This document shows positions 7,590 through 15,584 of a stretch of DNA of 19,556 nucleotides, in pieces. Location of the stretch: NCBI GenBank assembly GCA_964621445.1, contig CAZUNO010000036.1, positions 1-19,556 of the forward strand, given 5' to 3'. Made by a program: the position numbers and the translations under genes. The stretch comes from Candidatus Hadarchaeota archaeon (lineage in GTDB: Archaea > CAYQAE01 > CAYVLA01). Within the stretch, counting starts at the first letter, position 1; each line of letters opens with the position of its first letter. A model generated the notes under the pieces. It saw only the letters and a list, made by a program, of their open reading frames with translations, searched no databases and had not been told where the DNA came from.

Positions 7590-8525
7590 ATGCAATATAC
7601 CCGTGGCATAGCACTAGTCCTCTCCTTTCTGGCAGCTCTTCTAGTTATAGTTTCAATATCAGGTGGCGGGGTGGGCCTTAGCGGTCCGGAACAGACACAT
7701 GAGATTCCTTTAGGAGGGAGCGTTAGCTCCTACCTGAGAGTGTGGAACGAGGGTTCCTCGGAAGGGAAATTCGCAGTTCAGGTTCTGGGTGAGGTGGAAT
7801 CCATGGTTGATCCGGATCCCATCTCCTTCACCCTTGGTCCTGGGGAGCAGAGAACCATCTCCCTAATCTACAGCGTTCCGGGAGATATGGAACCGGGGTC
7901 CTACTCGGGGATCATAACAGCCAGATTCCAGGGTGACATCTCGAGCCAGGTTTCCCGAGATATCGAGGTGGCCGTGAAGGGCCAGGTCCAGGATGGAGGC
8001 CAACTATCCCTCAGGAAGGGGTTGAATCTAATCGGGTGGTTTGGTGAAAATCTAAGCTTTTCGGAGGCCCTGGACGGGGTTGATGGACCCAAGAAGATCT
8101 GGCGTAGAAAACCTGATGGTTCATATACCTCGGCGGAGTATTACCCATCGGTGGGGGTTTGGTGGAGTTCCGATTCCCAGTTTACCGGACTGAAAAACGG
8201 AAAGGCCTACTTCGTGGAATGCGAAAAGGCCTGCACGATTAATTTGAACGAAATGACCGACTCGGGCCCCACCAAACTCGAGAAGGGGACCAACCTCATA
8301 GTCTGGAAATGGGGGGATGCCGCTATTTCAGAGGCCTTCCCCCAGGAGCCCAGTCAATATGAGATCACCAAGATCTGGAGAAGCGGGGTCGACGGAGAGT
8401 ACGAGTTCACTCAGTACTACCCATCTGCTGACTTATGGTGGAGCGAGACATCTTCATTTACAGAATTAGAGAGAGGGAAAGCATATTTTGTCGAAGTACT
8501 TGCTGAAATGTGGATTAACGGATAG
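7590..8525 (+). CDS. Family D secreted protein, copy D2
   Basis: SD AGGTGA overlaps the A3 stop, 7 nt before the ATG. GVGLSGPEQ...SYLRVWNEG...FTLGPGEQ module plus two Trp/Tyr-rich repeats. Confidence 0.85.
   Translation: MQYTRGIALVLSFLAALLVIVSISGGGVGLSGPEQTHEIPLGGSVSSYLRVWNEGSSEGKFAVQVLGEVESMVDPDPISFTLGPGEQRTISLIYSVPGDMEPGSYSGIITARFQGDISSQVSRDIEVAVKGQVQDGGQLSLRKGLNLIGWFGENLSFSEALDGVDGPKKIWRRKPDGSYTSAEYYPSVGVWWSSDSQFTGLKNGKAYFVECEKACTINLNEMTDSGPTKLEKGTNLIVWKWGDAAISEAFPQEPSQYEITKIWRSGVDGEYEFTQYYPSADLWWSETSSFTELERGKAYFVEVLAEMWING
8010..8495 (+). repeat. Two intragenic protein-level tandem repeats in D2 (8010-8219 and 8277-8495)
   Basis: LRKGLNLIGW..KIWRRKPDGSYTSAEYYPS..WWS..FTGLKNGKAYFVE versus LEKGTNLIVW..KIWRSGVDGEYEFTQYYPS..WWS..FTELERGKAYFVE. 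Confidence 0.9.
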
Positions 8526-10548
8526 AGCTTCGCTAGGCGCTCGAACGAGCCTGATCGTCCTAGCCATATTGCTAACGGCCGCCGGCGTTCATGCGGACCT
8601 GGACATAAACGCAGTGGCCGGGGTAGTTGAGATAGATGGCGAACCGGCCTCCGCGGGCACCTCAATAATGGTCAGGGATCTGAACACCGGGGCAACCGCG
8701 ACCACCCCGGTGGATGGCTCTAGCATTCCCTCCTTTCTCAAGGGCCAGGGTCGATACGACACCGGCGACGTTCCAGGCTTCAACACCGGTGACACCGTGG
8801 TGGTCTCGGTTAGCGAAACCGGAATAAAGGGAGAGGCCTCAGCCGTCCTGGTCGCCGGAACCACGACCATAAATCTAGAGGCTCGTCGTGAGCGATCCCC
8901 CAGCATAGGGAATATCCCCGATCAGGAGGGATTTGAGGATGTCGCCTGGGAGCTTGACCTCGATCCCTACATCTCGGACCCGGACACCCCCAAGAGCAAG
9001 CTAGATGTCGGGGTTCAATCCGGATATACGGAGGTAAAGGGGCATGTGATCACCTTTCTCTACCCCGAGGGCGTTCTCTCCGAGACGGTTAGGGTCTACG
9101 TTCGCGATGGCTCCTCGACGGTCTCCAGGAGAATTCAGGTTACGGTTAACCCCGTAAACGACCCGCCCCGGCTAGCGGAGATATCAAATATCACGATCAT
9201 GGAGGGTACCAATGCATCATTGAACCTGTCAGGCCACGTTCAGGATCCTGATGACCAACTCGAGGATTTCTGCTGGGGAGTTGATGAGGGAGATCTGGTC
9301 ACCGCCTGGATGGAAGGCCCGGTCCTGACCGTCGTTGCCCCGGATAGCGATTACGGACACGATTCATTCCAGATCTGGGTTTTGGATTCGGGCAACCTCT
9401 CGGCTAGCCAGTTGGTATCTGTCGAGGTCGAGGCAAACGTAACCGCCCTGAAGGAGGCATATGAAGGACAGATCGAATCCCTCAGGGCAGAGATCGAGAA
9501 TCTGGAGGCCAATAACACAAACCTGGCCTCCGAGATCGATTCCCTGTGGAGAGAGCTCAATACCCTGGAGATAAGAAAAACGGAGCTCCAAACACAGCTG
9601 AAGGAAAAGGAGGACCTGGTTTCCACCTTTCAGGAACGGATTAGACGGGTGGAAAGCTCGGACGATGAGAAGGCGGCCCTGATTATGGAACTGGAACATC
9701 AAAGGGATAATCTCACGGCGGAAATAGATGACCTAAACAAGGAATTGGATGAGGTCCAATCAGCTCATAACCAGACCAGGAAGGAGCTCGAATCGACTAA
9801 ATCGGAGTCGCAAACCAGAATCCAAAACCTGGCCCTCATCTTGCTCCAGACCCGGGAACTTCTTTCCCAATCCAGGGAGAATATCACCGCACTGGTTCAA
9901 ATGGTGGCAGATCTTAGCGATAAACTCGATGCCAAGAGAGCTCAACTCGGTTCGGCAAATCTTGGTATCGAAAATCTGGAGGCGGTAATCGAAGCCCTCC
10001 GGGAGAATAACCGGCTATTGAAGGAGGAAAATCTGCAGATGGAGGCGAGTATCAGCCAATCATCCGAGGATATCATATCCCTGGAGCTGAAAAACATGCG
10101 ACAGCTCGCAGAAATCGAGCGTCTAAGAAGCATAATGGCCACCCGAGAGATTAATTCCTCCCAGGTAAACCCGCCCCTTGCCCGTATGTTCTCGAAGGCA
10201 GCAGATTTTGTGAAATCAGGAAACGAGGCCATAAATGACGGATTGAGAAATGAACTTCTATTGGCGATCATTCTCCTAGTTGCTGCGGCATCAACCATTA
10301 CCATAGTTATGAGAACATCCTGGATGAAGATGGTAGACGAAGACGGTTTTGATAGGATTCTCCGGATTATGGGAAGGGCAATTAGGGTTCTGGGCCGGCT
10401 TAGCACTAGAATCAAGAAAAAGCAACGCTCTGAAAGGGAGTTGAGCGAGACCGACCGTCAATATATATGGGGCCTCCGCAGACTAGGCTTCGATAAGGAG
10501 GCCGATGAATACCTGGATAGTCTACCCACAGAGGAGGAAGAGCCCTAG
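8488..10548 (+). CDS. Family C membrane-anchored protein, long copy C2 (tip domain + two cadherin-like Ig domains + long coiled coil + TM + cytoplasmic tail)
   Basis: Signal peptide ending VHA-D; tip domain homologous to C1; cadherin-like motifs ED..LDL..YISDPD, VTVNPVNDPP, DPDD; heptad-rich region at about 9445-10137; TM LLLAIILLVAAASTITIVM (10255-10311). Start is TTG 8488 or 8500. Confidence 0.88.
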   Translation: MSKYLLKCGLTDRASLGARTSLIVLAILLTAAGVHADLDINAVAGVVEIDGEPASAGTSIMVRDLNTGATATTPVDGSSIPSFLKGQGRYDTGDVPGFNTGDTVVVSVSETGIKGEASAVLVAGTTTINLEARRERSPSIGNIPDQEGFEDVAWELDLDPYISDPDTPKSKLDVGVQSGYTEVKGHVITFLYPEGVLSETVRVYVRDGSSTVSRRIQVTVNPVNDPPRLAEISNITIMEGTNASLNLSGHVQDPDDQLEDFCWGVDEGDLVTAWMEGPVLTVVAPDSDYGHDSFQIWVLDSGNLSASQLVSVEVEANVTALKEAYEGQIESLRAEIENLEANNTNLASEIDSLWRELNTLEIRKTELQTQLKEKEDLVSTFQERIRRVESSDDEKAALIMELEHQRDNLTAEIDDLNKELDEVQSAHNQTRKELESTKSESQTRIQNLALILLQTRELLSQSRENITALVQMVADLSDKLDAKRAQLGSANLGIENLEAVIEALRENNRLLKEENLQMEASISQSSEDIISLELKNMRQLAEIERLRSIMATREINSSQVNPPLARMFSKAADFVKSGNEAINDGLRNELLLAIILLVAAASTITIVMRTSWMKMVDEDGFDRILRIMGRAIRVLGRLSTRIKKKQRSERELSETDRQYIWGLRRLGFDKEADEYLDSLPTEEEEP

Positions 10549-10553
10549 ACTTC

Positions 10554-11381
10554 CTAAGGCCATTCCCGGAACACCTCATATTTCTGGAAGAGAGCGTCAA
10601 GGAATTCGCCCCGAGAAATAGCCCCAAGCGTTTTCCACCCCGGATTCTCCTCATGCGGCATCATCTGCGAGACGTGGTTCTCCAGTGCCTGGCGCTTGCG
10701 TTCAAGAAGGTCGCCCACATAGATCGAGCAGGAGAAATCCGTCCAGAACTTGATTGACGCGGAAATGCTCTTTCTGATAAATCCAAGTACCCGATCAGGA
10801 TCCCAGTTAAAGCCAACCCACGGCCAGTGGTTCCAGAACCAGACCGGATATTCAAACGCCTTGGAGATGCCATGGCTTTCAAGCACCCGACGGACGATAT
10901 GATTGGTGGCTATGTGGTCCGGGTGCTCCCCCCCTGGGTAAGGCATGAAAATATGGCGGGGTTCAGAATCGTCAAGCTTACTTAAAATTTCCCGTTCGGC
11001 CTCCTCCTTCCCCTTTTCAAGCGATCCAGTGCCCTTCCATGTCCCTGCGGACTGGAAGGGAAGAAAATGCACGTCGCTTTCGGGGATGCCAATGGACTTG
11101 CATGCCTGGATCGCCTCCCTCTGGCGGATTATACCCATCTTGGCAGGGGACACGAACCTGGTGTGGGATCTCTCTCCTCTAGTCATATAGACTACTGAAA
11201 CATGGGCCCCGGTCTCCAGCTTCCGAAGTATGGTCCCCCCACAACCCAGGGTTTCGTCATCAGGATGGGGGGAAATAACCATCGAGGAGGCTTCCATATC
11301 GAATTGGTCATCGCACTGGATTCTTTTCATTCTACGAATATACAGGTTTTTGAAGGTGGATCGGCCAAAGGTCAAAATCAA
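10554..11381 (-). CDS. PIG-L/LmbE-family N-acetylhexosamine deacetylase
   Basis: Hallmark motifs VISPHPDDETLGCGG, MTRGE, R..EA..AC..IG, HPDH, K..AL..H.SQ. True start may be ATG 11330 or 11297. Confidence 0.92.
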   Translation of the reverse strand: MILTFGRSTFKNLYIRRMKRIQCDDQFDMEASSMVISPHPDDETLGCGGTILRKLETGAHVSVVYMTRGERSHTRFVSPAKMGIIRQREAIQACKSIGIPESDVHFLPFQSAGTWKGTGSLEKGKEEAEREILSKLDDSEPRHIFMPYPGGEHPDHIATNHIVRRVLESHGISKAFEYPVWFWNHWPWVGFNWDPDRVLGFIRKSISASIKFWTDFSCSIYVGDLLERKRQALENHVSQMMPHEENPGWKTLGAISRGEFLDALFQKYEVFREWP

Positions 11382-11431
11382 TCACGATCTGACTTGAATC
11401 TATTTCAAGTTATTGGAAGAATCATTTTGTA

Positions 11432-13336
11432 TCATTTATCGCGTAAGTCTATCTTAACTTCATGCCTGCCCTGGTTCAGTCCGATCAGGAGATATCTTCG
11501 ACCATGAACCAGGACCTCCCGCTTTCTGGAACTTGTCTCTCCATTGACATAAACCGAAGGATCCCCAGATTCACTGGAGAGATGAAGCATTATCGCCGAG
11601 TTATTTACAGGGGATTCGCAGGAGAATGAGAGGCCTTCACCGTCCATTTGTAGGCCGCTAACATTGATCCTTCCCCTGGATTTCCACCAAAGGACGAACT
11701 CCGATAATGTGAATAGAGCATGGTTGTGCTTCCTAGCCAGCTCATCAAATACCAGCCAGTCCCTTCTGGAAGGTTGTCCTTCAACCAGATCACATGGATG
11801 GTAAAGAGCGTTGATAACCTGGTGATAGCAGTTCCTACTGTTCTCCAACAGCTCATCAATGTAGATCTGATTTATGCCTGAATATTGGGCCTGTATCTGG
11901 AATGGAAGTTCATATAGGGAAAATGGCTCCCCGTTGGTATCTAATGGATGAAAGGGCAGCCCAGTACCGTACATGTATCCCTTTCCGGTTCTCCCCGCGG
12001 ACCCTAGGGATGAATCCAAGGCTATAGACTGCGCCTCCATTATTCGAAAGGGCCTGGTGTAATGATTTCCCCAGCGTAATCTCTCGATCCTGCAAAGGGA
12101 TACACCCCCCGGGTCCGATAACTTATCTTCCAGGACCTCAATTTGATCCTCCAGACTACCTTCTCCTCTTCGAAAGACCATTAGCCATCGGTGGACCTCC
12201 CGATTCCAGTGTATGTGAATATCTCCCCCGAGGTTATTCATCCTCTCCAGCCCTTCGTCCGTTACCGGACCCTTGGAAATAATGAAGAACGTGGAGTTGT
12301 AGTCGGATTTTCTCTCCTCCTCCAAAACGAAGCAGGACTCGTCACCAAACCAATCCTCGTCATGGGTCATGGTAACTACACCATCATGCTGGAAGGGAAA
12401 GTACCAGGGTCTTGGCATTGGCCTGATTTCCTCGACAAGTGATATTATCCACCTTTCCAGGAGATCGGCATAGGGTATGTCGGATACCATGTGTTCGGTG
12501 GATGCCAACAGGTCGGTGGAGTCAACGATTCCCTCCGACCCCCTCTTGTCAACTACGCGAAAGCCGTCATCCGGAATGCCCTGCTGAAGTACCGTGAGTT
12601 CACGCCCAACGTCGAAGGCGAAGGAGATGACGCCACCTTTTCCCATCTCCCTTAGGAATACTACCGGTTCCCCGTCCATGCTCATCTTGATCACGGTACC
12701 CTCAACTGGACTGATGCTCTGGCAGTTTGTGTACAGGGGTATATCCCCAATCCTTTCAAGCCCATCATTTTCCGCCCCGGATATTTCATTCGGAATCCAG
12801 GTCGGATCGTCAAGCTTTTCCAGCCCCCCAAGTTCCAGTAATTTCCCCGCCGGAAACTCGACTATCAGGACCCCCCCGGCCTCAACCCAGGTTCTAAGAG
12901 CCGATATATCATATTTATCCCCGGCACCAGCTCCGGTTATCACCACCAGACTTATATTTTCAAGGAATTCCGGCCCGATCATTTCGGGGGAAGCTATGGA
13001 CAGGCCACCGGTCTCCTGTTCAAGCAGGTTTGCCCACTGGTAGCACCAGTCCGTTGACTCAAAGTCTGTACCATCCATGCGGGACCCGATAACTAGGACC
13101 GTTGGCTTGAAATTGCCCTCGAGAAATGATCCGTTGCCCTTTAATTGGGCATTAATTGCCGGGATTTTTACCGGGTAAAGCGAAAGAAGGTTGCCAACGA
13201 CCAATAGGCAAAGCAGGGCTACCAGGCCTGCCCCCTTGCGTCCCTTACGCTGGGGGTAGCGAGTATAGATCAGGAATACGATGACTAATACCAAGGAGGG
13301 AAGGGTTATCTGAGCGATGGTTCGCATTACCGACAT
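11432..13336 (-). CDS. Membrane-anchored multidomain polysaccharide deacetylase-like protein (class I glutamine-amidotransferase-like domain + NodB/CE4-like barrel + C-terminal beta domain)
   Basis: Two N-terminal hydrophobic helices; LRTWVEAGGVLIV and GKGGVISF (GATase-like trimerisation-type domain); PWYFP...VTMTHDED, STFFI, IHIHW, LDSS, GTGLPF, YELP, ALYHP (deacetylase barrel). Confidence 0.7.
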   Translation of the reverse strand: MSVMRTIAQITLPSLVLVIVFLIYTRYPQRKGRKGAGLVALLCLLVVGNLLSLYPVKIPAINAQLKGNGSFLEGNFKPTVLVIGSRMDGTDFESTDWCYQWANLLEQETGGLSIASPEMIGPEFLENISLVVITGAGAGDKYDISALRTWVEAGGVLIVEFPAGKLLELGGLEKLDDPTWIPNEISGAENDGLERIGDIPLYTNCQSISPVEGTVIKMSMDGEPVVFLREMGKGGVISFAFDVGRELTVLQQGIPDDGFRVVDKRGSEGIVDSTDLLASTEHMVSDIPYADLLERWIISLVEEIRPMPRPWYFPFQHDGVVTMTHDEDWFGDESCFVLEEERKSDYNSTFFIISKGPVTDEGLERMNNLGGDIHIHWNREVHRWLMVFRRGEGSLEDQIEVLEDKLSDPGGVSLCRIERLRWGNHYTRPFRIMEAQSIALDSSLGSAGRTGKGYMYGTGLPFHPLDTNGEPFSLYELPFQIQAQYSGINQIYIDELLENSRNCYHQVINALYHPCDLVEGQPSRRDWLVFDELARKHNHALFTLSEFVLWWKSRGRINVSGLQMDGEGLSFSCESPVNNSAIMLHLSSESGDPSVYVNGETSSRKREVLVHGRRYLLIGLNQGRHEVKIDLRDK

Positions 13337-13385
13337 TTAACATCCCTGTGCCTGCCTCTGATACGCCCCTTCAACATGAATTTCC

Positions 13386-14105
13386 CTATTTGGGTCCCTT
13401 ACCCCCGGGGCGGCCATTCTGGGTGAATTCCCCGTTAAGTTTCTCGTAATCGGACATCTTGCCTATGTCACCCCAGAAGGCATCGGATTGGTAACCGAAA
13501 ACCCTCTCATTCTCTATAATCCTTGGAAACACGTCGTATTCCAGATTGCATGGGTCCTCGGGGGGAAAGTACTCGAAAATTCCGGGGTTACAGACGTATA
13601 CCCCGGCGTTGGCGAAGAAGGATATATCGGGTTTCTCCTCGAACTCGGTTATGCGTTTTCTACCATTTAAGGTTATCTTGCCGTAGGGCATCTTCACTTT
13701 GTATGGCTTCAGGGCTATGGTCAGAAAGGAGTCGTTTTCCTGGTGAAATTCCAGCAGCTTTGGGATCTCGAGGGAAGTGAATATATCACCGTTCATGGCC
13801 AGAAAGGTGTCTCCCACCAGCAGATCCCTTGCCGTCCTAAGCTGACCTGCTGTGCCGAGCGGCTCGTCGGTTTCGGCATATTCAATTTTGACGCCGAATT
13901 TTGACCCATCCTCGAAATAGTCCATAATCTGCCTCTTTAGATACGCCACACAGAGCACGATATCCTCGAAATCGTACTGCTTCAGGTAGTCGAGGTTTCT
14001 CTCCAGCAGGGGTTTCCCGGCTAATGGAAGCATGGGTTTGGGAACGAGGTAGGTAAGCGGTCGCATACGGCTCCCAACACCACCAACTAGGATAGCGGCC
14101 TTCAT
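13386..14105 (-). CDS. NDP-sugar synthase / sugar-phosphate nucleotidyltransferase (mannose-1-phosphate guanylyltransferase-like)
   Basis: ILVGGVGSRMRPLT..PKPMLP, EPLGTAG, NGDI, EEKP, NAGVY, WGDIG. Confidence 0.93.
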   Translation of the reverse strand: MKAAILVGGVGSRMRPLTYLVPKPMLPLAGKPLLERNLDYLKQYDFEDIVLCVAYLKRQIMDYFEDGSKFGVKIEYAETDEPLGTAGQLRTARDLLVGDTFLAMNGDIFTSLEIPKLLEFHQENDSFLTIALKPYKVKMPYGKITLNGRKRITEFEEKPDISFFANAGVYVCNPGIFEYFPPEDPCNLEYDVFPRIIENERVFGYQSDAFWGDIGKMSDYEKLNGEFTQNGRPGGKGPK

Positions 14106-14207
14106 TGAATCCCCTTATTGCATGCAGGTATTAAGGACCTAACCATGATCATTCCGATTTACCTGCTATTGGTCATCAATACCATTTGAAGTATTTTCTT
14201 TCTCCAC

Positions 14208-15584
14208 TTACCGAAGGAAGCTGCTGGGAGGCCTGCCAATTCCCCTGTAGATGTATTTCAATGACCTCTTTGGATCGATCATGGCTCGGGTGTCAACGAT
14301 GACCAGTGGACCCCGGGCCAGAGAGGCAAGCCGGTCGGGATCCAGATCCTTGAATTCTGGATGATCAGTTGCCAGAAGGACGCAGTCCGAATCCCTTACT
14401 GCCGCCTCAATGGATCCCACCGTTGACTTGCTTTTGACGTGAGGGTCGAAAATCGGGGTTTGCGCCCCTTCCTCCTTAAGCTTATGCAGCAATTTACTCA
14501 CCGGGGTGTTTCGGGTATCGTCTGTATCTCCCTTGAACGCATAGCCCAGCACGGCTACCTGTGATTCCGAAAGCTCCTTCCCGGCGTCAGATAATCCATC
14601 ACGTACGAGATCCAGGACATGTTCCGGCATCCGGTCATTGATATCCCTGCCCGTGGGAATCATTCTTGCCTTATTTGAGCCTTCCCCAGCTGACTGAAGG
14701 AATATATACGGGTCCTTGGTGAGACACGAGCCTCCCACCCCCGGACCGGGCATCAGTAGATTCGTGCGCTTATACTCGGTATTGGCGGCGTTTGAGGCCT
14801 CCACGTAATCTACATGGGCGCTTTCACAGAGGATCGCCAGTTCATTGGCCAGGGCTATATTCACATCTCTGTATATGTTGTCAAATAGCTTTGCGGCCTC
14901 GGCCTCGCGGGGACTGGATACCTTAACCACCCGACCTCCCAGTTTACCGAAGAGTGCGGCAGCAACCCGAGTGCTGTCCTCGTCGATACCCCCGACGATC
15001 TTGGGAAGCGTACGCATCTCGGAAACAGCTCGTCCCTCGACCGTACGTTCGGGAATGAATGCCAATCCAAATTCCACTGCTTTCATCCCGGATTCCTCCT
15101 CGATTATGGGTGCCACCTTCTTCTCCGTGGTGAGGGGCGGAACCGTGCTCTTGAGAACCACCAGGCTGCCAGGAGAGAGGTTTTTCCCCACGGAGCGAGC
15201 CGCACTTTCCAGATAATCGAAGACTACGTTATGGTCTTCATCAATGGGTGTGCCGACGGTAATAACCACCAGGTCGGAGGGGCTCACCGCGCTTGCGGGA
15301 GAATCGGTTGCCCTAAGCCTCCCTGCTTCGACACTCCGCCGTAGAATTTCCGACAGCCCCGGCTCATAGATGTGAGAGGATCCCTTGTTGATACTCTCCA
15401 CCACCTGGGGACTGGACTCCAAACCAATTACCTTCTGGCCCTGGTCCGAGAACAGTGAAGCAACAACCGTTCCCACATAACCCATTCCCACAACGCAGAT
15501 GTTGAATCCAGATGAGGTATACTTGTGGTTGATTTCTTCTTCAGTCATTGACAATAACCGGGACCTTTTCTCCATGGACATCAA
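14208..15584 (-). CDS. Nucleotide-sugar dehydrogenase (UDP-N-acetylhexosamine dehydrogenase, WecC/WbpA-like)
   Basis: VVGMGYVG, TVGTP, LKSTVPP, PER, AEAAKLFDNIYRDVNIALANE, PGPGVGGSCLTKDP (catalytic Cys), GYAFKGDTDDTRNTP. Overlaps the stop of the upstream epimerase. Confidence 0.93.
   Translation of the reverse strand: MMSMEKRSRLLSMTEEEINHKYTSSGFNICVVGMGYVGTVVASLFSDQGQKVIGLESSPQVVESINKGSSHIYEPGLSEILRRSVEAGRLRATDSPASAVSPSDLVVITVGTPIDEDHNVVFDYLESAARSVGKNLSPGSLVVLKSTVPPLTTEKKVAPIIEEESGMKAVEFGLAFIPERTVEGRAVSEMRTLPKIVGGIDEDSTRVAAALFGKLGGRVVKVSSPREAEAAKLFDNIYRDVNIALANELAILCESAHVDYVEASNAANTEYKRTNLLMPGPGVGGSCLTKDPYIFLQSAGEGSNKARMIPTGRDINDRMPEHVLDLVRDGLSDAGKELSESQVAVLGYAFKGDTDDTRNTPVSKLLHKLKEEGAQTPIFDPHVKSKSTVGSIEAAVRDSDCVLLATDHPEFKDLDPDRLASLARGPLVIVDTRAMIDPKRSLKYIYRGIGRPPSSFLR

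Noticed and set aside
3996-7620. Class III (type IV pilin-like) cleavage motifs KA/AF in D1 and RG/IA in D2, and KRG/V in B2
   Set aside because: The pattern is loose, there is no +5 Glu, the B2 motif lies after the hydrophobic stretch, and no prepilin peptidase, ATPase or TadC gene is in the window. The conserved G..SGP.Q start after the h-region fits signal peptidase I cleavage better.
9445-10137. SMC-like or chromosome-segregation annotation for the coiled coil of C2
   Set aside because: No Walker A/B or hinge; the protein has a signal peptide, Ig domains and a TM anchor.
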